A DNA stretch of 58,797 nt from Alphaproteobacteria bacterium (GCA_965261975.1 CBDHEC010000034.1:1-58797), one strand, 5' to 3'. Shown: positions 28,905 to 39,337, counted from the first letter of the stretch. Notes: generated from the letters alone by a model not told the origin. Numbers and translations are program-made.

Positions 28905-29591
28905 TCACGCCATGGGTTTCCAGCCGTCGGGATCGTGGAGGTAGGCCTCGACACTGTCGAGCTGTTCGGTCGAGAAGGCGCCCTGTTCGCGCGCGGCGTC
29001 GAGGATGTCCCACCAGGTCGCCAGGGCGTGGAGACCGACGCCGAGCTCGTCCATCGTCGTCTGGCTTTCGGGGAAGATCCCGTAGTGGAAGACCACGTAG
29101 GTGTGTTCGACCTTTGCGTCTGCCGCGCGCAGCGCTTCGACAAAGCGCACCTTGCTGCCGCCGTCGGTGGTCAGGTCTTCGACCAGAAGCACGCGCGCAC
29201 CGTCGTCGAGCGCGCCCTCGATCTGTGCCATCCGGCCGAACCCCTTGGGTTCCTTGCGGACATAGACCATGGGCTTGCCCAGGGCCACGGCGATGAACGC
29301 GGCATGGGGAATGCCCGCCGTCTCGCCGCCGGCAACGGCGTCGATATTGTCCCGGCCGATGTCACGGTCGATCAGTTCGACCGCATGGGCCGTCATCGCC
29401 TCGCGGGCCTCGGGGAAGGCAATGACGCGGCGGCAGTCGATATAGCTGGGGCTGACCCGCCCCGAGGTGAAGGTGTAGGGGTCCTCGGGCCTGAAATTCA
29501 CCGCGCCGATATCGAGCAGATGATGCGCCGTGTCGCGTGCCGCCTTTGCCGCAGCCTCGCTGCCATGCACCATGTTTTCCGGTCGTGCCAT
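28905..29591 (-). CDS. pyrE: Orotate phosphoribosyltransferase
   Basis: FTSGRVSPSYIDCR, AGGETAGIP, YVRKEPKGFG, LLVEDLTTDGGS PRPP motif. Confidence 0.93.
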   Translation of the reverse strand: MARPENMVHGSEAAAKAARDTAHHLLDIGAVNFRPEDPYTFTSGRVSPSYIDCRRVIAFPEAREAMTAHAVELIDRDIGRDNIDAVAGGETAGIPHAAFIAVALGKPMVYVRKEPKGFGRMAQIEGALDDGARVLLVEDLTTDGGSKVRFVEALRAADAKVEHTYVVFHYGIFPESQTTMDELGVGLHALATWWDILDAAREQGAFSTEQLDSVEAYLHDPDGWKPMA

Positions 29592-29699
29592 GGTTCTTCC
29601 CTGTTTCGTTCGGTGTCCGGGTGTGGAATCCACAGGCAGGAAAATACCGGGTCGGGCGGAGTCGCGCGCCGCCGTCTGCTGCCTTTTCCTGTGGGAAAC

Positions 29700-30317
29700 C
29701 TAGTGCCGGTAGCGCGACGGGCTGTCGGCCGTAATGTCGATGGCATCGGCGGGTGCCCCGGCCGGCGTGGGCGCCGCCCGCGGTTCGACCGTCTCCTCGT
29801 TCCAGTCCAGCGCCCATTCTGAGCGTTCGAGAACGGTCAGGATGCCCTGGGTGAACTGGGTAATCTGGTCGCTGTTGAGGGGCACGTTCAGGGTCGTCGC
29901 CGTGTCGGATATTTGCAGCACATGCGCGCCCTTGGCTTTCGCGACGATGCGCAGACGGGTCACGAGATGGATATCCGGCTGCGGGGGTGGGGGCGTCGGC
30001 TCTGCCCTTGCTGTGGGTTCACCCGCGTTGGAATCATTCGCGTCGCCGGCCGGCATACCGCCTGCGGGTGCTGCCGTTCCGGCTGTCTGGTTGGTGTTCT
30101 CCGTCGCCGATTTCGGTGCCGGGGGATCGAACGGCATATCCGGCGTCAGGCGCGCGAAGGCATCATCGCCCATGATGCTGCGCAGCCCCGGCACCAGCCG
30201 CTTGACGATCCGCCGGGTGAGCCCGAATACACGCTCTTGCGCATCCTCGCCGGTGACGATGATGAGGACCCGATCCTGGACCGGTGAGTAGCGAATTTGA
30301 AACTTCTGTGCGTGCAT
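29700..30317 (-). CDS. Hypothetical protein
   Basis: Two globular-looking halves (QIRYSPVQDRVLI..LTRR; HLVTRLRI...SEWALDW) joined by a Pro/Ala linker; coding-like usage. Confidence 0.7.
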   Translation of the reverse strand: MHAQKFQIRYSPVQDRVLIIVTGEDAQERVFGLTRRIVKRLVPGLRSIMGDDAFARLTPDMPFDPPAPKSATENTNQTAGTAAPAGGMPAGDANDSNAGEPTARAEPTPPPPQPDIHLVTRLRIVAKAKGAHVLQISDTATTLNVPLNSDQITQFTQGILTVLERSEWALDWNEETVEPRAAPTPAGAPADAIDITADSPSRYRH

Positions 30318-30469
30318 TATGTGCCGACCGTTGGGCGTGCCATAATCGCAGTCCCGGTCGCGCAAGTCGAGACGATGCGGGAGTGGCGCCGTGCGGCGCG
30401 GCAGGGTTGCACGTCGCACGGGATGTGCGTGCTGAACAGGCTGGCGGTCTGCAGGAGACGGGTCCGGTT

Positions 30470-31024
30470 ATGTGCCGAAACACAGTGTCGATCTTTCTCG
30501 GTGCCTTTTTGCTGCTGACGGGCAGTGCGGGGATCGCCGATGAGCCCAAGCGCAGCTGGGAGGCCACGATCTCGGCGCGCACGCTGAATGTGCGGGCCGG
30601 CCCGGGCGAGGGTCATCCGATCGTCAGCAAGCTGAAGCGCGGCGACAAGGCCCGCGCCTTCGATGAGGACGGCCGCTGGATCCATATCCGTGAGTTCGAC
30701 GACACCGATGCGATGGGCTGGGTGCACCGGTCATTCGTGCTGTTGCCCAAGGAGTTCATGGCGCCCGCCTTCGGGAAGGCGGAGAATGATTTCCTCGAAT
30801 GGGCCTCGCAGCGCGGCGACCTGTCGGAGGTCTCGGTCGAGGCCGATGACCGGATTTCGATCATACTGGGCCCCGGCGTGGCCGCGGACCGCGCCGACGC
30901 GATTGCGCGCGACGTGGCCTGCACGTGGCGCGAACTGCTTGATCCGAAAGTCGACGTGACGGCGACGGTCTGGCCGGACACGGGCACCGGCGCCGGTTGG
31001 GTGACCCAGACACGCTGTCCCTAA
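30470..31024 (+). CDS. Secreted SH3 (SH3_3/SH3b) domain protein
   Basis: Signal peptide, LNVRAGPG, GRWIHI, GWVHRSFV; AGGAG RBS. Confidence 0.85.
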   Translation: MCRNTVSIFLGAFLLLTGSAGIADEPKRSWEATISARTLNVRAGPGEGHPIVSKLKRGDKARAFDEDGRWIHIREFDDTDAMGWVHRSFVLLPKEFMAPAFGKAENDFLEWASQRGDLSEVSVEADDRISIILGPGVAADRADAIARDVACTWRELLDPKVDVTATVWPDTGTGAGWVTQTRCP

Positions 31025-31668
31025 GGTTTGACGATCCGCCCCGTGCGGATCGCCACGGATTTGTCGGCAACACGTTCCGCGAAAACCGCATTCTGTTCGG
31101 CGACGAGGATCGCCGCGCCCGACGCCGATAATTCTCGAAGAGCGGCGGCGACGTCGTCGATGATTTGTGGGGCGAGGCCCAGGGTGGGCTCATCGAGAAG
31201 ATAGACATCGGGTTGGGCCATCAGGGCGCGGCCAATGGCCAGCATCTGCTGCTGGCCGCCCGAGAGCTGCCAGGCGCGGTCGTTCGTCCGTGCGGTGAGC
31301 TGCGGGAACAGGTCGAGCGCATCGTCGAACCGTTTTCGCCGCTCTTTTGCGTCGGACGGGCCGGCGACCAGCAGGTTTTCCCCCACGGTCAGGCCCGGAA
31401 AGACCCGTCGCCCCTCGGGCACATAGGCCAGGCCGGCGCGGATGCGGGCCTCGGTGGGCAGCTGCGAGATTTCCTGTGCGCCGAGACGAATGTTCCCCTT
31501 TGCTGCGGCGAGTCCGACGAGGGCGCGGAGCAGGCTTGATTTGCCGGCCCCGTTCACGCCGACCAGGCAGGTGATGGCGCCGGGTGCGGAGTCGAATGAT
31601 GCGTCGGCGACCGCGACAACCGCACCATGACGGACCGTCAGATTCTCGACCTGCAGCGCGGCGCTCAT
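31021..31668 (-). CDS. Branched-chain amino acid-type ABC ATPase (LivF-like)
   Basis: GVNGAGKS, YVPEGRRVF, LSGGQQQML, LLDEPTLGLAP, EQN. Confidence 0.92.
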   Translation of the reverse strand: MSAALQVENLTVRHGAVVAVADASFDSAPGAITCLVGVNGAGKSSLLRALVGLAAAKGNIRLGAQEISQLPTEARIRAGLAYVPEGRRVFPGLTVGENLLVAGPSDAKERRKRFDDALDLFPQLTARTNDRAWQLSGGQQQMLAIGRALMAQPDVYLLDEPTLGLAPQIIDDVAAALRELSASGAAILVAEQNAVFAERVADKSVAIRTGRIVKP

Positions 31669-33383
31669 GGCTGCACCAGCCCGAAATAGGCGCGTCGCAC
31701 GGCGTCGTTGGCGAGGACGTCGTCGAGGGGGCCGTCGGCGATCAACCGGCCGGCGTCGAGGCAGGCCAGGCGCGTGGCGAGCGGCCGCAGGAAATCTATG
31801 TTGTGGTCGATCACCAGGATCGCGAGGCCGGTCGCGGCGAGGGTGCGCAGGATTTCGGCGATCTCTGCCTGTTCGCCCGGGGCGAGCCCGGCGGCCGGTT
31901 CATCGAGGACCAGGAGGTCCGGTCCGCCTGCCAGCGCGCGGGCGATCTCCACCCGCCGTCGCATCCCGTGGGCAAGCGTGCCGCAGTTTGTGGCGGCGAT
32001 GTCCGTGAGGCTGCATGTGGCCAGCGCGCCGGCGGCGCGTGCGCTGTTGAGGTTTGCGTCACCGATATGGGCCGCGGCGGTTGCCACCGCTTCGTGGACC
32101 GTCAGCCCGTCGGGCAGCTGGGGGGTCTGGAATGTGCGCGCGATGCCCCGGCGCGCGATGGCCGTGGGGGCGGCGGTCGTGAGATCGAAGCCGGCGGACC
32201 GGATGGTGCCGGAATCGGCCCGGTCGATACCCGTGACGATGTTGGCCAGCGTGGTCTTGCCCGCGCCGTTGGGGCCGATCATTCCGACGATGTCGCCAGA
32301 ATTGATTGTCAGGGCGACGTCATCGAGCGCCTGAATGCCGCCATAGCGTTTGGAGAGGTTGGTGATCTCCAGCACCGGTGGGCCGTCGGGAACCGGGGTT
32401 GCCGGCACGGCGATCGCGGGTTCGGTCGTGGATGGGGGCGATGGTCGCGGGGGCTTGATGAAGGAAGCCAGCCCGTCGGGTGCGAACACCACCATGGCCA
32501 GCAGCAAAACGCCGACGGCAACGAGATAATACTCATCGAGACCGCGAAACCATTCCGGCAGGTGGGTCAGCAGCAGCGCGCCGATGACTGCGCCGAGGAT
32601 GCCGAAGCGCCCGCCGACCACGGTCATGGTCAGGCATGTGACCATGATTCCGAAGCCAAGCGTCTCGGGCGAGACCACCCGGTTGGTGTGCACGAACAGC
32701 GCACCGGCCGCCCCGCCGAAGGCCGCACTCAGCAGGAAGGCACGCAGGCGCAGCAGGCCGGGGTCGATGCCGAAGGCCGGGACCGCCAGCGGGGTCTCGC
32801 GCATGACCGTGAACACTGCGACCCGCAGCGGGTTGAGCTGCCAGCGGGCGATGAGCATTGCCACCACCGCCATGCCCCAGACGAACAGGAGGAGCGGCAC
32901 GCCGCGCGTGGCCTGCCAGTCGCCGATGGTGACCGGCGGGACGCCGGGCAGGCCGTTGGCGCCGCCCGTGACCGATTCCCAGTTCACCGCGATCAGCAGC
33001 AGGAGCTGGCTCAGGGCCAGCGTGGCCAACGCGAAGTAATGGGACGCCAGGCGCAGGACCGGCACGGCGACGATCAGCGCCAGCACGCTCGTCCCGATGA
33101 TGGACAACGGGAAGGTGATCAGGAACTCCGCCCCGTACCGGCTGGCAAGAATGCCCGTTACATAGGCCCCGAGGCCGAAGAATGCGCCCTGGGCGAGGCT
33201 CAGCGCGCCGGCATGACCGAAGATGAACTGATAACCCAGCACCATGATCACGTAGATGCCGGCGAGTGTGAGGATGCGCTGGTCATAGGAGGACGCGAAG
33301 AACAGCGCATAGATTGTCAGAACGAATCCCCCGGCGACGACCGGCAGGTTTCGTCGGTTCAGATATGAAGAAACAGCGCTCAT
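31665..33383 (-). CDS. Fused LivM-like permease / LivG-like ATPase
   Basis: GHAGALSLAQGAFFGLGAY, YFALATLA, TGGANG; C-terminal GPNGAGKT, GIARTFQ, LDEPAAGL, AYFG. Confidence 0.9.
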   Translation of the reverse strand: MSAVSSYLNRRNLPVVAGGFVLTIYALFFASSYDQRILTLAGIYVIMVLGYQFIFGHAGALSLAQGAFFGLGAYVTGILASRYGAEFLITFPLSIIGTSVLALIVAVPVLRLASHYFALATLALSQLLLLIAVNWESVTGGANGLPGVPPVTIGDWQATRGVPLLLFVWGMAVVAMLIARWQLNPLRVAVFTVMRETPLAVPAFGIDPGLLRLRAFLLSAAFGGAAGALFVHTNRVVSPETLGFGIMVTCLTMTVVGGRFGILGAVIGALLLTHLPEWFRGLDEYYLVAVGVLLLAMVVFAPDGLASFIKPPRPSPPSTTEPAIAVPATPVPDGPPVLEITNLSKRYGGIQALDDVALTINSGDIVGMIGPNGAGKTTLANIVTGIDRADSGTIRSAGFDLTTAAPTAIARRGIARTFQTPQLPDGLTVHEAVATAAAHIGDANLNSARAAGALATCSLTDIAATNCGTLAHGMRRRVEIARALAGGPDLLVLDEPAAGLAPGEQAEIAEILRTLAATGLAILVIDHNIDFLRPLATRLACLDAGRLIADGPLDDVLANDAVRRAYFGLVQP

Positions 33384-34263
33384 GCGCGCAACCGCCCGGG
33401 CTCGCCGAAGATGCCGTCGGGCCGGATCAGCAGCACCAGGAGGACGGCCACATAGAGCAGGCCCTCCGCCAGGGGTTGTGACGATATTGATGCCACGCCG
33501 ACTTCGAAGAACGCGATGAGCATGGCACCCAGTGCCGCACCACGCAGGCTGCCCCAGCCGCCGATGACGACCGCGATATAGGCCTTCAGGATCAGGGCCG
33601 CGCCGTCCGACGGGGTGACGAAGAACTGATGCGCAAGCAGCAGCCCCGCGGCCCCGGCGAAGGCGGTGCCAAGCGCGAAGGCCAGCAGGGTGATCCGGGT
33701 CAGGCGAATGCCCAGCGCGCGTGCCATCTCCGGATCCTGGGCGCAGGCGCGGAACTGGCGGCCAAGCTGGGTGCGCTGCAGGACGAAGGCGAGCGCGCCG
33801 ACCAACAACACCGCCGTGGCGATGATCGCGAGGGACTGGCGGCTGGCAGCAACACCCAGAAACTCACGGTGCCCGTGCCAAGAAGCGCGGGTGCGGTTCT
33901 CGGGGCGGCACCGAAGGCCGCGTTGAGGCCGTTGGTCACGATGATGCCGAAGGCGATGGTGGTGACGAAGACCGAGACCGGCGGCCGGTTGCGGATGGGC
34001 AGGTAGGCGAGCCCGGCGATCGCCAGGCCGAGTCCGGCGGTGAGAAGCAGCACGCCCGGCAACAGGATGACCCCGGGAATGTTGGTGCCCGCGGGGACCA
34101 GCATCGCGAGCGCGACCGCCGCGAACCCGCCGGCGACGACGCTCTCGCCATGGGCGAAGTTCACGGCCGTTGTCGCGTTCAGGACGAGGACGAAGCCGAT
34201 GGCGACGAGCGCATAGGCCGCACCCAGTGCCACGGCGTTCAGGGCGAGCTGTGCGCCGAGCAT
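33380..34263 (-). pseudogene. LivH-like ABC permease, split by one frameshift near 33865
   Basis: YALVAIGFVLV..VNFAHG in one frame; RTQLGRQFRACAQD...VVIGGWGS..RPDGIFG in another. Adding one G (GTG [G]AG TTT CTG) fuses them. Confidence 0.85.
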
Positions 34264-34283
34264 CAGCGGTATGTTTTCATCGG

Positions 34284-35411
34284 CTAGAGGACGCCCGTGA
34301 GGTTCTCGTAGCGCTTGACGATGGCCGGAACCCGGCTGTCGCCGCCATAGCAGAGGATCACCGCGGAATGGGCCATGTTGCCCTTGCCGTCAGACGCGTA
34401 GGTCATGGCGAGACCCTTGTAGCGCTGGGTCGAGAGGTACTCGCGGACATCGGTAGCGGATGTCGCTCCTTCCTCGATCGCGGCGAGCAACATCTGCACC
34501 CCGTCATACTGGCCGAGCGCGAACGCGTCCGGCTCGCGGTCGAAGGCGGCCCGGTAGGCATCGGCAAAGGCCGCGATGTCGGGGTCGGTCTCGGAGATCG
34601 GCGATGCACCCGATTCCGCACAAACCCCTGCCAGCTCCGTCGGTTCCAGCAGAGCGGCCGTTTCCGGCTGGTGCATGGCCGAGCCGGCGATGATGGGAAT
34701 GTCGAGGCCCATCGCGCGGGCCTGGCGCACCACCAGGGCTGTCGGGCCCGCATGGAGATGGAGCAGTAGCGCATCGGCGCCGGAGTCCCGGACCTTGCTG
34801 AGGACCGGCAGCATGTCCTTGACCGAGACGTCGAGCCCCTCGGCAAGGATCGGCGGGTGGCCCAGTGCTGAGAGGTTGCGGTCGAGCTCCGCGCGCCCGC
34901 TCTGGCCGTAGGCCGTGGTCTGGAAGATCACCGCCGGGCGCTTGGCGTTGCGTTCTTCGACGGCATAGCGGGCATGGGCGGCCTTGACGACCACGTCGCC
35001 GGGGAAAAAGCGAAAGACATTGGGGCTGCCCAGCTCGGTGATGCGCGCGGTCCCCGACACGGTCACCATGGGCACCTCGAACTCATCGGCCAGCGGCACG
35101 AGTGCCAGCATCTGGGTGCCGAGCATGGGCGCGACCACGGCCGCCACGTCATCGCGCTTGCGGCCCGACGTCAGGGCGCGCTCGAATGCGTTGACCGCGA
35201 TCTCCGGCGAGGTGGCTGTGTCGTCGACTTCGAATTCGACCCCCGAGCCGCGCAGCGCCAGTTCGGCGCCGTTCTTCTGACTGGTGCCCTCGAGCGAGAG
35301 AAATCCGGTAATCGGTACCAACACGGGGATGCGCAGCGGTTCGGCCTGGGCCACGGTCAGCGTGGCGAGGAACGCGGATAGGGCGAGGAAAATGCGCGGC
35401 AATGCAGACAT
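34284..35411 (-). CDS. Liv-type (periplasmic binding protein type 1) ABC substrate-binding protein
   Basis: Signal peptide (AQA|E), LRIPVLVPITG, DDTATSPE, PNVFR, TAYGQ, YDGVQML; GGAG RBS. Confidence 0.9.
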   Translation of the reverse strand: MSALPRIFLALSAFLATLTVAQAEPLRIPVLVPITGFLSLEGTSQKNGAELALRGSGVEFEVDDTATSPEIAVNAFERALTSGRKRDDVAAVVAPMLGTQMLALVPLADEFEVPMVTVSGTARITELGSPNVFRFFPGDVVVKAAHARYAVEERNAKRPAVIFQTTAYGQSGRAELDRNLSALGHPPILAEGLDVSVKDMLPVLSKVRDSGADALLLHLHAGPTALVVRQARAMGLDIPIIAGSAMHQPETAALLEPTELAGVCAESGASPISETDPDIAAFADAYRAAFDREPDAFALGQYDGVQMLLAAIEEGATSATDVREYLSTQRYKGLAMTYASDGKGNMAHSAVILCYGGDSRVPAIVKRYENLTGVL

Positions 35412-35473
35412 GTCTCGACTCCGATGCGTTGGTCCGGGATCGGGGCGGGTGGAGTGTCTGCGAAAGACGATCC

Positions 35474-35559
35474 GTGACAACTCCCTCCGCCGGCATAATC
35501 CGGATCAGGTTTGTGGGTTTCTTCTCAGCCCCGATTTTGGTGGGGCACCCCAGCGTCAC
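35474..35559 (-). ncRNA. TPP (thiamine pyrophosphate) riboswitch
   Basis: Minus strand reads GTGACGCT-GGGGTGCCCC..GGGGCTGAGA.GAAACCC..AACCTGATCCGGATTATGCCGGCGGAGGGAG-TTGTCAC: conserved GCUGAGA, ACCUGA and GCGnAGGGA elements, closed by a GTGAC/GTCAC stem; ~60 nt upstream of ATG 35411. Confidence 0.93.
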
Positions 35560-35604
35560 GAACTGATGGAACGATGGGTTGCGGACGACGATGAGTCAAG
35601 CGGG

Positions 35605-35922
35605 TCAGTTCGCATGGCCGCCGATCAGATATCGTGTGCCGTCATACAAGGAGAAATAATCGCCGAGCATCGGGTGATCGATCTGGGCCGGGTCCGCGGC
35701 GGCGATCAGGTTACGCTCGGCGACGTAGGTCGTGTGTGAGCTGTCATGGACGAGAACGTGATACCAGGGCGCGTCCTTGGGCGGGCGCGACTTGGCGACC
35801 TCGTTATACCATTCCTCGCTGCCCTCGAAGGTCGGGTCGACATCGAACACCGCGCCGCGATACCCGAAGAGCTTATGCTCGATGATCTGGCCCACATGGA
35901 AACGCGCAGAAAACTCGTTCAT
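35605..35922 (-). CDS. hspQ: Heat shock protein HspQ (YccV-like)
   Basis: ARFHVGQIIEHKLFGYRGAVFDVDP, PWYHVL, TYVAERNL, IDHP. Confidence 0.92.
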   Translation of the reverse strand: MNEFSARFHVGQIIEHKLFGYRGAVFDVDPTFEGSEEWYNEVAKSRPPKDAPWYHVLVHDSSHTTYVAERNLIAAADPAQIDHPMLGDYFSLYDGTRYLIGGHAN

Positions 35923-35928
35923 GGGATT

Positions 35929-36366
35929 CTATGATCCGGAGTTGGTCGTGGGGCGCCGCTGGGCGTCGCGATCGACATAGGCGTAGACCGCCTCGGCGCT
36001 GGCGACGAGATTGTCGTGCTCGTCGCGCACCTCGCCCGACGCGAAATAGATGCGCCGGCCCGCGCGAATGACCTTCGCGGTGCAGATCAGGGTCTTGCCC
36101 TTGGCCCGGCCCACGAAGTTGACGTTGAGGGACACGGTGACGTTGCCCCGGCGTTTTTCGGGATCCGGCTCATAGACCCCGCAGAAGCCCGTCGCCGCAT
36201 CGATCAGCGAGGCGGTGACGCCGCCATGGATGCCGCCCTGGCGGTTGCGGTGGCGGTCCTCGATATCGACGGCAATCTGGGCGAATCCCTCCTGCCAATC
36301 CATCAGCCGGAAGCCGAGGAATCCGTTGAGGCCCTCGGTGAGGTCGCGTGCTTCGAAGTCTGTCAT
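35929..36366 (-). CDS. PaaI family thioesterase
   Basis: NRQGGIHGGVTASLID hotdog motif, TVSLNVNFV, RAGRRI. Confidence 0.9.
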   Translation of the reverse strand: MTDFEARDLTEGLNGFLGFRLMDWQEGFAQIAVDIEDRHRNRQGGIHGGVTASLIDAATGFCGVYEPDPEKRRGNVTVSLNVNFVGRAKGKTLICTAKVIRAGRRIYFASGEVRDEHDNLVASAEAVYAYVDRDAQRRPTTNSGS

Positions 36367-36487
36367 GCGTGAAAGTCTCTGGCGGTAACAACTATGCGGA
36401 TGCTGATATGCCCGATCGGCGCGGGCGGGGCAATTCCCGTACGCGCCCGGGCCGGTTACACTGGTGGCCACGACGGGGAGAAGGAAT

Positions 36488-37672
36488 TTGGACGAAACCG
36501 TAAATATCGCCAACGGCGGGCGCCGGCTGCGGCCCGCGGTCGATGACCTCGAGGGGTCGCTGATCCGCAAGGTCGCCGAATCCAATATCGGCCGCGACGA
36601 TGTGATCCCGCTCTGGTTCGGCGAACCGGACCTGCCGACGCCGGACTATATCAAGCAGGCGGTCACCCAGGCGATTGCGGACGACCATGTCTTCTATGCG
36701 CAGAATCGCGGCATCCCGCCGCTGCGCGAGGCCATCGCGGCCTATTCGAGCAACCTGATCGGGCGCGAGATCAATGTCGACCGGATCACCGCGGCCGTCT
36801 CGGGGATGGCGGGCATCATGCTGACGTCGGAGGTGCTGGTCGACAATGGCGACAATGTCGTGGTGGTCGGGCCGGTCTGGCCGAACTGCAAGGGCACCGT
36901 GTTCATCATGGGCGGCGAGGCCCGTACGGCCCCGCTGCGCGCCGACGAAAGCGGCCAGTGGCATCTCGACCTCGATGACATCAAGAGCCGGTGCGATGAA
37001 CGCACGCGTGCGGTGTTCGTCAACTCGCCGGGCAACCCCACCGGCTGGATCATGGAGCAGGATCAGCAGCGTGAATTGCTGGAATTCACCCGCGAGCGGG
37101 GCATCTATCTGATTTCCGACGAGGTCTATATACGGCTGATCTACGACCGGCCGCGCGCGCCGTCCTTCCTGGATATCGCCGAGCCCGAGGACCGGGTGAT
37201 CGTCATCAACAGCTTCTCCAAGACCTGGTCGATGACCGGCTGGCGGCTCGGCTGGCTGACCCATCCGCCGGATCTCGGGCCGGACCTCTCCAAGCTCAAC
37301 GAGTTCAACATCGCCTCGCCGACGACCTTCGTGCAGCATGCCGGCGTCGTGGCGATCCGCGACGGCGAGCCTTTCGTGACCGAGATGGTCGCGCGTTATC
37401 AGCGGAACCGGGATCTGGTGTTTCAGCGGCTCGGGGCGATGCCGCGCGTCACCCTGTCGAAGCCCGAGGGGGCGTTTTATGCCTTCATGAAGATCGACGG
37501 GATGACCGACAGCGTCGCCTATGCGCGCCAGCTGATCGCCGAGACCGGCGTGGGCCTGGCCCCGGGACGCGCCTTCGGTGAGGAGGGCGAAGGCTGGCTA
37601 CGCCTGTGTTTTGCAGCCGAGCCGGACACCCTGTCGGCGGCGATGGACCGGCTGGAGCCGGCGCTCTCGTGA
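36488..37672 (+). CDS. PLP-dependent aminotransferase class I/II
   Basis: FGEPDLPTP, NSPGNPTG, SDEVY, NSFSKTWSMTGWRLG; TTG start after GGAGAAGGA. Confidence 0.92.
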   Translation: MDETVNIANGGRRLRPAVDDLEGSLIRKVAESNIGRDDVIPLWFGEPDLPTPDYIKQAVTQAIADDHVFYAQNRGIPPLREAIAAYSSNLIGREINVDRITAAVSGMAGIMLTSEVLVDNGDNVVVVGPVWPNCKGTVFIMGGEARTAPLRADESGQWHLDLDDIKSRCDERTRAVFVNSPGNPTGWIMEQDQQRELLEFTRERGIYLISDEVYIRLIYDRPRAPSFLDIAEPEDRVIVINSFSKTWSMTGWRLGWLTHPPDLGPDLSKLNEFNIASPTTFVQHAGVVAIRDGEPFVTEMVARYQRNRDLVFQRLGAMPRVTLSKPEGAFYAFMKIDGMTDSVAYARQLIAETGVGLAPGRAFGEEGEGWLRLCFAAEPDTLSAAMDRLEPALS

Positions 37673-37697
37673 GCGGCCCGGAAAAAGGGGGGCGCCC

Positions 37698-38686
37698 ATG
37701 AAGGTTGTGATCACCGGAGGGACCGGAATGCTCGGCCGCCGGCTGGCGATCCGTATTCTGGCGCAACCGGAGCTGTTGGGGCCGGATGGGGTGCCCGAGG
37801 CGGTGGACAAGCTGGTCCTGTTCGATGCCTTCGAGCCGGTCGAGCCGCCACCCGACGACCCGCGGGTCGAGGTCGTCACCGGTGACATCTGCGACCCGGC
37901 GACGGTCGATGGGCTGATCGACGGCGAGACGGATGCCGTGTTCCATTTTGCCGCCGTCGTCAGCGGCGGGGCGGAGGCCGATTTCGATCTGGGCTACGCG
38001 GTCAATCTAGCCGGTGGCCGTAATGTGCTCGAAGAGAGCCGGCGGACCGGGCGCTGCCCCAAGATCATATTCACCAGTTCGCTTGCGGTGTATGGCGGCG
38101 AGCGTTCGATCGATGATTCCACCGCGCTGACCCCGCAGACATCCTATGGGGCGCAGAAGGCGATCGGTGAACTGCTGGTCAACGACTACACCCGCAAGGG
38201 TTTCGTCGACGGGCGCACCCTGCGCCTGCCAACCATCGTGGTGCGGCCGGGCAAGCCCAACAAGGCGGCCTCGGGTTTCGCCAGCTCGATCCTGCGCGAG
38301 CCGCTGCAGGGCGATGAGGTGGCCAACCCGGTCGAGCCGGGACACGCGGATGTTGATCCTGTCACCCAAGCGTGCGGTGCAGGCCTTCATCGATGTTCAC
38401 AATGCGGACAGCGATGTCCTGGGGCCGAACCGATCGGTGATGATGAACGGCATCTCGCCTTCCATCGGCGAGATGCTCGATGCGTTGCGCGCGATCGCCG
38501 GTGATGCGGTCGCGGACCGGGTGCGCGACGCGCCCGATGCCCAGGTTCAGACCATCGTCGATAGCTGGCCCTGGTATGCCGACGGCGCGCGCGCGCGGAT
38601 GCTGGGCATGGCGCCCGACGCGTCGGTCGACCGAGATCATCGAGAATTTCGTCGCCGACGAACTCGACGGCGAAATCGTCCGCTGA
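37698..38686 (+). pseudogene. denD: D-erythronate dehydrogenase-like extended SDR, two frameshifts (~38340, ~38631)
   Basis: ITGGTGMLG, HFAAVVSGGAEADFDLGYAVN, SYGAQK, RLPTIVVRPGKPNKAASGFASSILREPL; continues in second frame (LSP...IVDSWP) and third frame (EIIENFVADEL). Confidence 0.8.
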
Positions 38687-39202
38687 TCAGGCGTCGAACT
38701 CAAGCAGGGCGGTGATCGGGACATCGAGATGTTCGCGCCCGCCCAGGCCGTCGAGCTCGATGATGAACGCCGCCGCGCGGACATCGGCGTCGGCCTGGCG
38801 CAGCAGGTGCAGCGCACCGCCGGCCGTGCCGCCGGTTGCCAGCAGGTCGTCGATGATCACCACTTTCTGTCCCGGGGTGATGGCATCGACCTGCATCTCG
38901 ACCGTGTCGGAACCGTATTCCAGATCATAGGTGTATGACGTCGTCTCGCCGGGCAGCTTGCCCTGTTTGCGCAACATGGTGAATCCGCAGCCCAGCTGCA
39001 GGGCCAGCGGCGCGCCGACCAGAAACCCGCGGCTCTCGATGCCCGCGATCACGTCGGGCTCGTGCTGGCGGATGGCAACGGCGAGCAGATCGACGGTGTG
39101 GCGCCAGGCCTGCGGGTGCGCGAGCAGGGTCGAGATGTCGTAGAACAGGATTCCCGGCTTCGGGAAATCCGGGATCGTGCGGATGTGTTCGGCGATGTCC
39201 AT
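38687..39202 (-). CDS. apt: Adenine phosphoribosyltransferase
   Basis: [48 protein letters not shown]. Confidence 0.96.
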   Translation of the reverse strand: MDIAEHIRTIPDFPKPGILFYDISTLLAHPQAWRHTVDLLAVAIRQHEPDVIAGIESRGFLVGAPLALQLGCGFTMLRKQGKLPGETTSYTYDLEYGSDTVEMQVDAITPGQKVVIIDDLLATGGTAGGALHLLRQADADVRAAAFIIELDGLGGREHLDVPITALLEFDA

Positions 39203-39319
39203 GTGTCGTCGTCCTGCGGGCGGGAATGTCGTGCGGATGCTACCGATCGCAGGTTCGCGACACAATCGGACGGATATAGTATTACACTGCGCATATGTGT
39301 TTTTCCGCTTGTCGAATGG

Positions 39320-39337
39320 ATGAAACGGTTGTTTCAT
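39320..39337. promoter_or_regulatory. Palindromic operator ATGAAAC-GGTT-GTTTCAT
   Basis: Perfect 7-bp arms in the AT-rich apt/RpiR intergenic region. Confidence 0.55.
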
